A DNA stretch of 62,907 nucleotides, filler included, from Piptocephalis cylindrospora (taxonomy: Eukaryota): NCBI GenBank assembly GCA_003614145.1. It is 3 parts of 3 records of this genome, joined end to end, with 100 filler letters (N's around TTAATTAATTAA, not from the genome) between each part and the next. Parts side by side here need not be neighbours in the genome. Positions count along the whole stretch, not along the records: positions 42,086 to 62,907 come from KZ987813.1; 2 more parts are not named here. One strand, given 5' to 3'. Of this stretch, positions 49,568-61,732 are shown piece by piece. The number at the start of each line of letters is the position of its first letter. Positions within the stretch are counted from its first letter, which is position 1. Under the pieces are notes generated by a model. That model was given only the letters and a program-made list of their open reading frames with translations. It was not told where the DNA came from and searched no databases. The translations under genes were made by a program, and so were the position numbers.

Positions 49568-52500
49568 TTAAAGCTCTCGAAGAAGGGAAAGAACAAGGAC
49601 CACACGTCGTCGAACCGCCCGGTGTGGGTCATCGCGCAGGGTCTCCACGTCCTGTCGAAGCCCATCTTCCTTTAAAGTATCCCGTAGCATGGATTGTCCT
49701 TTGTTTAGGCTTGATGATCGAGTACCACGTACGGAGGATTCTCGGACACGCCGTAGTACATCCAAGAGGCCTGACAAGGCCTCGAGACGCACTCTCTACA
49801 AGGAAATGTGTGAATAGATAGCGTAGCAAATTCGCACTCTAGCAATGGCGACACGTACCGGAGAGGCCTCGTGCAGGCAAGAAAGAAGGAATGTTTTTAG
49901 CAGCATGGTGAGGCTCTCGGGGTCCGAGAAGGTCTCCTTGCTTCCAAGTCCAGTCAACCGAAGAATCCCATCCCGAATGACACGAATAGCACCCCAGCGG
50001 GCCTTCTCTATCATTTCCTCCATAATGGAAGAGGGTGGGTTGGATTGATTGGTTGTGATCTTCATTGCCGGGGTTAGGACACGAATCACCTAGGTAGTCA
50101 AGGTATAATGGAGGAAGATAGGTGAGAAATGGATGAGACACACATACACCCCGTCTCAAAAACGCTTCCTTCTCACTTACCCGATCCCAGGGAAGGACAG
50201 GGTCCAGTTTTGGCCCACGTCCACGCTCAATCGAGCCGTTGTTAGGAGCCTTGGAAAGTAAGATGGTTTCAAAGACGTGGTAGGTGGCAGGAGATTGGCG
50301 GGCGGGGCTTGGGTTGGCTTCTAGAGCCTCGACAAGACGAGTAATTAGGGTAGAGCGAATGCGCTGGTGTTGAAGGGGCCGACGAATGGATCCATCCCCC
50401 TTATAGAAGAGATTGGGGTAAGAAGGAGGATTGAGAAGGGTGATGAGGATGGCTTGAATCAACACCTTCTCTTCCTGCTCCTGCATTGAGTCAGGGCCAT
50501 TCATCAACGCAGTGAGAAGGTGACTGAGGTGAGGAGAGGTGTTGACCTGGTTGGTGGGAATGGCACGAAGGTAGAGAGCCTGTGCCTCCACTCGATCCCC
50601 AGGAGAGAGGTGGAGAGGCTCAGCATCTTTGGGATATTTGTTCACCATAGCAGCCACAACCCAGGCATCCCAGGTAGGGTCCTCACCAAGATGATCCTGG
50701 AAGTTTCGGATGATTCGGATTCGTTCCTCGGACCCCATATAAGAGAGGGGGGGAGAACCCACGAGGATGGCCTCGAAAATAAGATGAGCTTCTGGGCATT
50801 CCTGAAGGGAACTGGACTCTTGGATCCAAGCCTGAAGACAATCTGGGATGGTGAGGGAGAGGAAAGAAGATACACGGGCCAGGACATGGCCCATACCTCG
50901 GGTAATAGAATGATCGGGTTGATCGGCCTTGTGGTTCTCGGATATTAGATGGATCAGAGGAAGGAAGGCACGGTCGTAGACGACCTTGCCCATGCGCTGC
51001 CCCTTCATCTTGACCATATCCTCAGTGATCTGATCCCGAGCCTTAGCCCCTTTCCACCCGCCCCGTGCCCCATCCAATCTCTGGGAGCCCCAGGATTGAA
51101 GGAGAGCATCGAAAAGCCCACACCACACTTCCTTTCCTCGGTATGCTCCCCCATTAGAGGAGCCAGATTTAGTGAGCCAGGGGAAGGAAGAGTCCAAGAA
51201 CGCCTTGAGAAGCTCGGGAGATACGATGAGGAGAGGGTAGTATACACGTACATCTTCCTCCTCGCCTTGAGTGTTTTGCTCCTCGGGCTGTTCAGCCCCA
51301 CCGACGAGGAGAGGGAGTAAATGGCTAACGGCATATTGCTTTCGTTTGGCCTCTTCAGGTCCTTTTTGATCCTGGCCTTGATCTAACCATTCACTAAGGA
51401 CACGTAGGGCACGACCTTTCTGCCGAAGACGACGGGTAGGCCCTGTAGACAAACCTTCGACCTCTCCGGTGATTAAGCCCACCAAACCCTCTAGGGCCTT
51501 CCCTCCTTCTGACTGACTACCGGCTACAAGACAGCCTAGAGCCTGAAGGATGTATTCCTCCTCCTTATTTGTCTCTTCATTTTCATCTCCCTCTTCTGGA
51601 TTGCTCTCACCCAGAAGACCATGAATGATCAAGGAGTACCATCCATCCTGACTAGAGGAATAGGAGGAAAAGAGAGGGGTGGGCATAAAGAGCTCGGCCT
51701 TCCCGGCGGCTCCCGTACGCTTCCCAAGGATAAGGAGGGAGAGGGCGAGAAGAGCACGGGACCGATGGGCCATCGCCATTTTTTGAGTTTCACCACCACG
51801 GGGAAAAAGGGGAAGGGGATTGGCGGAACCTTGGGAGGACATGGCAGCTTTCACTATCCTGGAAAACCACATCCTACCTAGGGCCTCAGATCCGTCGGGT
51901 TCCCCGGCTCCTTGAAGCCTGGGGACATCCACGAGGAGAACGCGGATGAGGGGTTCAGCTAGGGCTAACGGGGTCATTTCTCGATCCAAAAGAGCCCTGG
52001 ATATCTCGTTTATCTTCTCCTCCAACTCCTTCATTTCCTCTTCTCCCTCTTCAGAAGCCTGAATGGGGAAGAGGGAATGAAGAAGAATGCCGAGTAGGGG
52101 AAGGCATTGTTGGAGCAGAGAAACTCTAGCCTCCTTGCCACCCTCACTTCCGGGAGGGCAGTTGATGAGGAGGACATCGCCCAGGAAAGAGGGCCAGACC
52201 TTGGTGATGACCCAAGCGGGGATGATAATGCGTCTGGGGCTAGTTGTCCGAGTTTCCTCCTTGCCAACTCCGGAGGAAGGATCGTCATCAACCGAGTTGT
52301 CTCCCCCTGCCCCTCGAAGAACCCTCCAGACATCCCTTCGACAGGCCCAGGAGCTGGCCGAAGCCTTTTCCACAATGGAGGTGTACATCAAGGGTCCGAG
52401 GGTGGGGGTGGGGGCCAGGGCGTAAAGAGCCTGGGCCAAAGCTTCCCTTACCTCCTCTTCTACTCCACTCTCCTGACCAGTTCCTCCACCACTTCCGGTA

Positions 52501-53297
52501 GCTGGGGCCCCAGGGCGTATGGGAGAACGAAAGGTGATGGGGAAATAGCGGAAAGGGATGTCAAAGAGATTGGAGGCCACTTCAGCATCTCCCTGGACCC
52601 AGGGGGTTTGATCAAGGATGGGAAGCAGAGTGGATGTGAGCTGGAAGAGGAGGATAAGGCCCTGGGGGTCCCGTTCACCCTCGGAAGCCTCCTGGAGGGC
52701 GGATCCAAGGACCTTGGGATGGGCCAAGGCATAGGATTCAACATAAGGTCCGGTAGAGAGAGATTGGAGAAGTCGATAGGAGAGAGATCGGAGGAGGTGT
52801 CGGGCCATACGGGATTCATCGGGTGTCCTGCCTTCCTCCCTTCCAGCCTCCTCCAAAACGCCGGGGAGGAATTGGGTAAGAAGATTTTCAATACCACTGG
52901 CTGAGCAAGAGGGGGAGCTACGAGGGGTACGGCCGAGGTCTAGGACGTTGGTGGCGACCTCCCCAAGAGCCAAGATCTCAGGGACAGAGACGTGTGGGGT
53001 GGGTGGGGAGAGTCGGGAAGCGACAAAGCGCAGGATCACATCACCACCCGAGGGATTCAAGGAGGGACATGAGGGGAGAAGGTGGTTGAGAAGACGTAGG
53101 GCATGTAGTCTGGACGTGGCGCTTTCCGAGGTCATGTCGGGGGCCAGGGCGAGAAAAAGGGTGGATAGAGGCAGGATGGCCTTTTGGACACGTGTGGTCA
53201 AGTCATCCTTGGCCTCCGATGCATCCTGCGGGGATGAGGTGGAGGAGAGGGCTGCTTGGATAAGAGGAGGTAGGAAATCCGGGAGTTGGGTAGACAT
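49568..53297 (-). CDS. MET18: MMS19/Met18-like cytosolic Fe-S assembly HEAT-repeat protein, divergent, introns near the 3' end
   Basis: GERDPQGLILLFQL and LFDIPFRYFPITFRSP match the MMS19 N-domain pattern (GEKDPRNL, YFPITF.PP). C-terminal DDPHRAVRRRVV resembles DDPKRLVR. Confidence 0.75.
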
Positions 53298-53696
53298 TGC
53301 AGGGTGGAGGAGGAGGAGGAGGGGGGATGGGGAAGAGAAGAATGAGAAAAGACAGAGGGGCCGCCAGGAAGCCACAGGGATGAGACGCGCTTTGAGTGAG
53401 TGCAGCTTAGTCCTGGTTGGTTGGTTGGGGGACAGTGTCATCCATAGCTTTGGGTGAGGCTGCGGTAAAACCCATCCGTCGCGTCCCAACACATGCTCTC
53501 CCACACGCGCCTGGGTAGGCCCATGGAGGCCAAGGCGAGGGGGCTTCACTCAGATACAGAGGCAATCTGTACACAAGGATGATGATTATAATACAACAGC
53601 ATTTACACTGTTTGTAACGTTCGTACAGTTGGTAGTCATTCTTGGTAGTTATGCAAATGGGTGTTTAATATAATTTCCTCTCCAGCACGCATGATT

Positions 53697-54467
53697 CTAA
53701 GTATCCAGGGCCATGTCTACTTGAACCTTTTCCCTCTCGTCTTTCATGGTAGACATATCCTCATCTATCCCGATGATCTCATCTTTCATAGGCATATCCT
53801 CGTCATCCTGAGGAGTGACGGATTGCGCTTCTTGATCTCTGATCCGAGATTCCTGCTCAGGGGTCAAGATAGTCGGCAGATAATAGAGGGAGGGTGCATC
53901 TGGTGAATTGGATGTTCGTAGAAAATGAGCAAGATGCGCTTGGTGTCGATGCATCATCTGATGATGTTCACGTTCCAGGATCATCCTCTTGAGCTCGAGT
54001 TCTTCTTGACGCTCCCGTTCTTGCCTTTTCTCCTTGTCCGCGACCATCGATCGTTCGCGCATCAATCGCTCCTGAATCTTTTCCTCCAACTTCCGTCGTC
54101 GCTCGACGCCCTCGGCCGAGGTACCAGACCGAGGGGTCTTCGAGGTAGATTGGAAAGCTTGAAGAGTGCCCAGGGCCAGACCAAACATCCTTCGACCCTG
54201 TTCTCTTACTTCTGGGTCCTTGAGATCGAGTCTAGGGCCGCTTGAGCGCGTGTGCATAGGGGAGGAGGAGGAGGGAGAAGATGAAGAGAGGTTTCCTTCT
54301 CTTTCTTTACTGGATCCCCTCGAGTGATCGGATGAATCCATTGAGCTCCCGGTGGGCTCTGCGTCTCCTCGGACCACGGTGTCTTCATCGTGGAGACCAG
54401 ATAGACTGGCCGAGTCATGATCCTCCTGGGGGATGTCAGAGAGCGGTGGTACAGCCGGCTCGGACAT
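53697..54467 (-). CDS. Pinin/SDK/memA-domain protein
   Basis: EQGRRMFGLALGTLQAFQ, RRRKLEEKIQERL, HFLRT...SLYYLP. Confidence 0.75.
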   Translation of the reverse strand: MSEPAVPPLSDIPQEDHDSASLSGLHDEDTVVRGDAEPTGSSMDSSDHSRGSSKEREGNLSSSSPSSSSPMHTRSSGPRLDLKDPEVREQGRRMFGLALGTLQAFQSTSKTPRSGTSAEGVERRRKLEEKIQERLMRERSMVADKEKRQERERQEELELKRMILEREHHQMMHRHQAHLAHFLRTSNSPDAPSLYYLPTILTPEQESRIRDQEAQSVTPQDDEDMPMKDEIIGIDEDMSTMKDEREKVQVDMALDT

Positions 54468-55392
54468 AGTAACACTGAAGAAGGATGTAGAGGCGGTGAG
54501 GGATGAATGAGTACAGAGGAAGGAGGGATGGGGACATCCAGGTTTGAATCCCCAATACCACACTGTGAATCAGGGCGTCAGGTTGGCTGTCCTTAGGTCA
54601 GCCTGGGCGAATGAGTTTTTCTTAGAAGGGTTGTTCGTGCAAGTCAGACACATGTGGAGCGGCCCTGTATTCACTGTGCCGCCACTGTACATGCCTTGAT
54701 GAGCATTCATTGTATCTTATATATTTCATATGCTATTCATCATTTAGTAATCGTCTGAGTAGAGACGACGGTCCTTTCTCACGCACCTCTCTAGGCTAAT
54801 GCGCTGCGCTACTATCCCTACGGGGAGAATAAATGGCAAAGAGGGAGATTCAATGGGCAGATTAATCGCCGCCTTCAGCTAGTCGTTATTCTTGTTTGTA
54901 CTCATTCATAGGTGAACGTAGAGGCGATTCAGCTCCACTGCATGAGCGCGTCAATGAATGCATCAACTTCAGGCTCAGCTCTAGTCTCCGATACTGCGCA
55001 AAAATGGAATACGACGCACTGTTGGCACAACAGCAGGGAAAAGACCGCTATGAAGGCATTCATCAAGACAGGTTGTGCGCCTTGTATTGATCCACTTCAT
55101 CTCTCTTTTCTTTACCTCCCTGTCTTTATGTGCTCTCAGCCCCAAGGTCAGCATTTACCTGGTTCCGCCGTATCATCCGCTTCATCTTAGCCATCTCTCT
55201 CCGCCTTTTCCTTCTTGACGATCTAACCTTGTGGAGCTTCCCTTCTCTCTCGCTCTCTCCCACTTTTCCGAGCCCGTTTGGTGATCTTCCCAATAGCACA
55301 CCACCGGCCCTTCCAACCCAAACACAACGGCGCCTAGCGCCCTCATGCTCTTCCGTCTCTATTCTGCTCTCTCTCAATCATCTCTCTGCTCC

Positions 55393-56973
55393 ATGAATCC
55401 TCTTCGCCCTTCGCGTACATGCAGGTCTGTTTCCCTACCACGCCTCAATGCCCTCTCTTTCCTCTTATTCTTTCTCCTCCTCTCAACGACACTCGCTCTC
55501 ACTTCTGAACCCTCGAAAGAAGTCGATGAAAGCGCCTTGAGCCACTCCACATCAGAGGAGCAGCCGCTACTCGTGTCTCCTAAACGTCGCTCCCCATTTA
55601 GGTTTGTGCGAAAGAAATGGGGAAATAGACCTCTTTTCAAGGGAAAGAGGCTATTTGGTCGAAAGCCCTCTAAAGTGCCTCAACTCGCCCGGGAAATGAT
55701 AGATGGGCCTGCCGCTTCCTCATCCTCCCGCTCCTCGACCCAGAGGTCTTCCGCGGTATTCCGGAACATCGACGCTTATATCCCTAAGCTCGTGGAACCC
55801 TTACCACCCGATCAACGACTGGGCTTCTCCATGACTCCGGTTGCCTTGGAAAATCCAGCCCGTCAGGTTCGCCGGGCCTTCCTCATCCTCCATGATGCCA
55901 TTTTAAGGGCATTACGGGGCCTGGTGGGCACGGACATTACCAGTCGTATCCGGCATGGCCCCTCTCTCCAATGCCTTTATGATCCTTACTACGTTGTACA
56001 GCAGTGGAAAAAGAAGGAAGAAAAACTGCAGCCAATCCCCTACAATAACTCCAAACAATGGCTTGAGTTCATGGACCATCAAGAAAATCCCATACAGGCT
56101 TATTCGTATGCTTGGAATCCCAATCATTTCCTTCATCAGCGATTCTTCCCCTCTAAATCCTGGTATTCTCGGTTCCTCCGACCCTTCCTTCTAGGGCATC
56201 CGCTCCGGACTTTTAAGGGACGAATCAAATGGGCATCCAGAATCCTGTACAAGCATTTAAATATTGTCTTTGACTCCAATTCATTCCTGAGCGGCGTACA
56301 AATGGTTCCTGCAGCCGCCACGAGTCTTCGGCGGATGAACTGTACCGCTGTCGTGCATGCTCGAACCAGACAAGTCCTTGTGGTGGATGGAGTCGTCGGG
56401 TCGACCCTACTACCCGACGGGGAACACTTAAACAAGTGCAACACTAAAACCATGATCGGCAGTGGAGTGAAGACCAAAAACCCCGACACCGCCTGGACTG
56501 ATAGGAAATCTGCGGGGAAAATTGCCACTGCCTTAATCGTCTCCTTCCTTAACCTGTACCAGGAAGTGGAAGCGGTCCGACGGATAATCCATTCCGTCGA
56601 TTCATCTACTGTTGGGAAGGAACAAGATGAGTCGTTGTTGAGACAGATCAAGGACCGTAGCTCCCTTGAAACCCTACCTCTTCTCACGTACCCAGCCTAC
56701 CAAGATGAATTGGCCAAGCGAAAAGCCTTTGCTAATATGGATGGGGCCGCTCCATGGGCAGATTACGAGGCCACCTCCATTACCCCTGGAAACCTTCATG
56801 ATCTTGGCGAGCCTGATGCCCGTTGGAGCCGGTATCAAAAGGGATGCATTGAACTGGAAGACATCAAAAAGAAACGGATTCAGAAGTTCATGCAATCCTG
56901 GGCTAGAGAGGGCAAAGAGCATAGGTTATTTACTGCCTTGGCTACTGCTCTCAAGAAGAAGAAGCTGGAATGA
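55393..56973 (+). CDS. Secreted or anchored orphan protein (about 526 aa)
   Basis: Long intronless ORF with hydrophobic ALSFLLFFLLLSTTLA near the N-terminus, basic clusters (PKRR, RKK, KKKKLE). Alternative start at 55345. Confidence 0.7.
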   Translation: MNPLRPSRTCRSVSLPRLNALSFLLFFLLLSTTLALTSEPSKEVDESALSHSTSEEQPLLVSPKRRSPFRFVRKKWGNRPLFKGKRLFGRKPSKVPQLAREMIDGPAASSSSRSSTQRSSAVFRNIDAYIPKLVEPLPPDQRLGFSMTPVALENPARQVRRAFLILHDAILRALRGLVGTDITSRIRHGPSLQCLYDPYYVVQQWKKKEEKLQPIPYNNSKQWLEFMDHQENPIQAYSYAWNPNHFLHQRFFPSKSWYSRFLRPFLLGHPLRTFKGRIKWASRILYKHLNIVFDSNSFLSGVQMVPAAATSLRRMNCTAVVHARTRQVLVVDGVVGSTLLPDGEHLNKCNTKTMIGSGVKTKNPDTAWTDRKSAGKIATALIVSFLNLYQEVEAVRRIIHSVDSSTVGKEQDESLLRQIKDRSSLETLPLLTYPAYQDELAKRKAFANMDGAAPWADYEATSITPGNLHDLGEPDARWSRYQKGCIELEDIKKKRIQKFMQSWAREGKEHRLFTALATALKKKKLE

Positions 56974-57128
56974 GTAGTGGAAATCGGATAATTCCTCCAA
57001 CCGTAACGATAATATATTTTACATGCTCTTCCTGCACCAGTCTGTAGTAATAATGGTTCATGTCTTCATAGAATGCTCCAGGACACCAAAGTAATTAGAA
57101 TTTCATCCCTCTGGATTACTGGACATGA

Positions 57129-57587
57129 TCACATAGGAATGAAATCACGCTGCATGGCCTTGGACCATGGATCCACCAGGGTCCGAATGGATGAAGATGG
57201 GGTGATGGGGTAAAGTCCAGAGGTCATGCTCCATAGACTAGGGGTGACTGAGGAGCCCTTGGGAGGGGATGGTCTTGAGGGAAATGAAGGACGGACCCAC
57301 TCTGACCACCGAACCACATCTTGGAGAGTACGCTCAAGGATTATAGACTGGGCTGATTTGGCTTCACTGATCCGCGTTCCCCGGCCGCTCATCCAAGACA
57401 GACCAGGCCCATCCGTCTGATTCGGGGCAAGGGAAGCACTGATGGCCAGGGCCAACTCCACGTCTCCTCCGTTCATCTCTTCCTCGGTCACTCTGGGGAG
57501 GATACTGGGGGTTGAGGTAAAGTCTGCATCGTCATCAGGTCCTTCTGTCTTTGGACCAATCCCACTACTCTGGTTGTCCCTCCCCAT
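57129..57587 (-). CDS. Hypothetical 152-aa ORF with a UIM-like motif
   Basis: EEEMNGGDVELALAISASLA resembles a ubiquitin-interacting motif. No other support. Confidence 0.3.
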   Translation of the reverse strand: MGRDNQSSGIGPKTEGPDDDADFTSTPSILPRVTEEEMNGGDVELALAISASLAPNQTDGPGLSWMSGRGTRISEAKSAQSIILERTLQDVVRWSEWVRPSFPSRPSPPKGSSVTPSLWSMTSGLYPITPSSSIRTLVDPWSKAMQRDFIPM

Positions 57588-57965
57588 GCCTGTCGAGTCT
57601 TAAGTCAGGGTAGTACACTGGACTGGTATGTCCTTTGAGAGGGGCTCACCAGTTGGAGGGGTCGTGGTGAATCAGCTTGAGATTTCGGGACCAAGGGGAG
57701 AGAGATGGGATATGTCAAGACGACGATTGGAGCAATTCTAATGGGCAACAACAAATACCTTTCTTGGATATTGCTATTATTGTTATTATTATTACGTTCC
57801 CTGGATACTACAGCTTGACCAAGTCAAATGCCCATTTTGTGTTCAATCCATTAGCACTGTTGTCACCAAGTTAGATTAATTCAATCATCCCATCCAAATC
57901 TAATCGTATCCTACATGATCCCCTATTTTGCCCCCTCACCACAAAGAAAGATGATGTTGATCCAA

Positions 57966-60900
57966 TCAAAAGGGAACCGAAGAGAGATCCCCAATAGACA
58001 TGGCCATCTCCTCATCCTTCTCATCATCGTCAAGATGGTCCTCCTCATCTTCTCCGCTCGATTCCAAAGGAGTGATCGATCCTTGGGAGGCCCCCTTTCC
58101 ATTCCCGACTCCCTCTCCCCCATCATATCCATTCACCTCAAGATCACTACCCTGGGAGCCGGGAGGGGCCTTGGTGTAGATCGTCTTGGGCTTGATGATC
58201 CCAGGTCGAGAGTTCCTCTTATCCTCCTCGTCACTTTTGTCATCAGTTCCCTCCTCATCCCGATACCAATCAACGGGCTCGGTTCTAGACCTGAACCTCT
58301 GGTGTGAGCCGGTTGAAGCCATCCTCCTCCCTGGTCCCCCACCGCCTCCAATACCGGAAATCCATTTTTCCTCTTTGGCCGATATAGCGGGGGGAGGAGG
58401 AGGGGATATCCTTCCGCGAATATTGGCAATGACGCTGCCTAGACCACTGCCTCCCCCGCCCCCGGATGTCTCAGCTTGGTCCTCAGCCAGGAGGGCATCA
58501 ATGTCCAGAGAGGGAAGAGGGGGCCTCCAGTAATTCCAGTCGTTGTACTCACTCACCATTAGTTCAGCCCCTCCTCCCTGGAGGGATGGGAAGATTTGGT
58601 CCACAAGATCAGTAAGGGAGATGTAAGAGGAACGGAAGCCGGTAGCCAACTCGAGCCGTACATCTCCATTGTATTCGATGGTGAAGATGCGGGAGGTAGG
58701 GACATTGACACTACGATAAGACATGGCATCAGTGATACGGTTGCCAAACCCTGCGTAAAAGGGCGTCTCCATGACCCCAGGGGTCGCTCCGGCTGTCTCG
58801 ATGAAGAGTCGACGGATGTCGCGAAGGCATGCCATCTTGAAGACTTCGGGCTTCCTCATGATCACTTCCCGATGCAGAGAGGTGAACAGACGATCGGGGG
58901 ACATGATGACCGGGCCATCTGGAAGTTGGAAGGGTCCTTGCTCCACACTTCTCAAGTACCCACGGGTAGCATCGGCTTGTCCTATGGCTCGGGAGGTGAG
59001 GTAGAGGAAGTGATAGCCATTCCGGGCAATATCCGTGTACAGCTTGGCCACCCCAGGATGCGTCCAGTCCTTCCCAACCATATTGAAGATATGCCCCAGG
59101 GCATCAGATCTATCGAGAAGGGAGGGTGAGTGGAGGGATGATACTATAGATGTGTGTGTGGATAAACCATCACTTACTTGGTAATGGTGCCATCAATATC
59201 CGAAATGACCACCTTGGCATCCTCTGGCCAAAGGAAGATCTTGGAGGTGCAATAAACTCGACCTTCGGAGGCGGCCACAGTGAACCGGACCTCATTAGCA
59301 CCTCGTCGTAGGCCCAAGGACTTGAGCTGATCGCTGGTTAGCCGAAGGGTCTTTGCATATTGCCACCTCCGAGGTCGACCATTTCCTGGGCCCTTGGATC
59401 CCCTCCTTCTCCTTCTCCTTCCCCCCTCCCCTTCTTTGGCCACCTGCGGAAATGTGCTGGATCGTTTTTGCGCAGTGAGCGCATCGTGTTCCTTGACTTC
59501 CTCATCATCATCCCCATCCGCCTCTTGTAGAGCCCCATAGGTTGACTGATGTTGTTGGAGTGGAGAGGAGGGACGTGATGTTTTGGCATGTCTGGGAGGC
59601 TGCAGGGTACTGCCGGAACCAGAGAGCCAGGCCCTCCAGCCTCGACGTGGGGGCCCCAAGACGCCCCCTCGACCCTCCTGACCACTGACGACTCGACGTG
59701 GCTCCCCTACGGATAAAGCATGAATGGGGGTCTGATCCCGATGAAGCCGTCGATCATCCTCCTCTTGAGCTTGTATCAATATCTCGCTCTCCAAAGGAGA
59801 AAGAGAAACAAATGGGAGATGGTTTTGGGAATCCTCGCTTAGCTTAGCACCGAAGAGAATGGAGCCAATGAGATGGGGACCAAGAGCCTCCCAACTGTAG
59901 TAGGATCCTTGATAGAAGATTACCAGGTCGGGGTGTCGGAGACATTCTCGGGGATCTTCAGCCCAGACCTGTTGGCTAACCTCGTTTCGGGAAAATACTC
60001 GACGCTTTCGCCGACGAATCTTCTCCTGAACCCATCTCTGACGCTCCTCCTCTTCTTCGGCCTCCTCTTCCGTTACCTCCTCTACATCCTTGGTTCTCTT
60101 CTCATATTGCTGATAAAGCCGGTCTTCCTGATCCCATAAGGCACGAAGACCACAGGTGGATAGCCGATAGACCAGGGTAGGGTCCTCTAACTCCGCCTCA
60201 TCATCCTCATCCCAGTCCTCCTCTTCCTCTCCTAGAAGACCTTCCTCGTCCGAGTCACTGCTAGTGGCTAGGGTAGAGGGATCAATCCATTCATCCTGGC
60301 CTGCACCAACATCTGAGGAAGGCCCTCGACGCCTGGGAAGGGCGCCCCATCCCCAGCTCCATTCACGTTTTTGTCGCTCCCCCCTCCCGGCTCCCTTACC
60401 AGCACGCCGTGTATAAGTGGAAGTGATGGGACTCTCGTCATCGTCGTCATACTCGTCTTGATCCCCATCCTCAGCCGGATTGACCCTTCGTAAAGGACCA
60501 GCTCCCATACCCTGTCGATCATCCTCCCAGGCCTCATCTTCCTCCTCATCTTCCTCACTGCCCCTCCCCCCTTGCTTATATGGCCTATCCAGTTCAGTAT
60601 CGCTCAGAGGCCCTCGAGAATAGGGAGATCCATAGGGATGGGTAAGACCAAGGGGGGAGGCCGAGGGCATGGAAGGTAGAGTAATTTTGGATTTATCCTC
60701 TCGGGTGACCCCATTATCCTCTCCTTGGGCCTTTACCTCGTCACGAGTGCTTTCATCACTCATCATTGACCCCATAGCTGGGGTATCACGCAAGCCAAGG
60801 GATTCCAGATTTCCCGGGGTAAATCCGGTTGATTGGGTGAGATCTGAGAGGGTTCGAGCGTGTCGAAGAGACCCGGCTCTTCGGTCCCTACCACTCACGT

Positions 60901-61732
60901 GGCTCCATGCTCCCCCCGATGCTTCGGTAACTAGGAGTTGGGGGGTCCCAGGGGGACCCCGAGACCCCTTGGTGTGATATCCCACCGTATCTACCTCCAC
61001 CAAATCTTCGATCGTCTCGTTGGTCCCCGTCAACAGCATGGAGGATACTTCAGTATCGGAATGAGAGCCATCCTCATGAGGACGGGATGGGGCCGGAGAG
61101 GGTGCAGCTGTGGTGATAGCCGAGGAAGCCTCAGATATCTGCGTCATGTCTGGGGAGTAAGGCGACAGGGTGGGGGGAATGATAAAAGCGCCTTGGCCTT
61201 CAGAATCCTTATGCTCTGTCCCAACGTCATCACCTTCTTCCTTTTTCTCAGGAGCCACTACTAGATTATGATCTGATTCCTCCTCCTCTTCCTCTTCAAC
61301 ACCGGAAAATTCATGGGCACTCTCAAAATCCTCGGGCCTGAGAGGAGGTGGGGCTTGACCATCCAGGTCAAAATACTCCATATCCTCCTCCTCTTCCGGC
61401 CGAGTGGCCTGAAGAATGGGGGAAGTGACGTACTCGTCGGGAATAGGCTTGTCGGTTTTGAAGACAAAGAAAGCTTCCCCCTGTTCCCCAAGCTTCATCA
61501 AGTAGGGAGTCCTTTCCCCGTTGACCTCAACCTCAATAGCTTTTTCCGACGGTCGAAGAAGTCGGAGCTTCCCGAAACGAACGTGAAAGGGTGAGCCATG
61601 CATCTCACCTCCCGCTTTTTCCACGACAAGGACATCAATGGCCCCAGAAAGAGTGGCCGGGTTGAGATCACGGTAAAAATCGGAAAGATTGGTCAGGGCC
61701 TTGGCCACATACTGGCCGATGGAGGAGGCCAT
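57966..61732 (-). CDS. PAH1: Lipin / phosphatidate phosphatase Pah1/Ned1, 2 exons (intron about 59110-59177)
   Basis: NLIP: LNPATLSGAIDV..SPFHVRFGK. CLIP/HAD: YAKTLRLTSDQL, VISDIDGTITK|SDALGH, GKDWTHPGVAKLY, FYAGFGNRITD. Confidence 0.96.
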
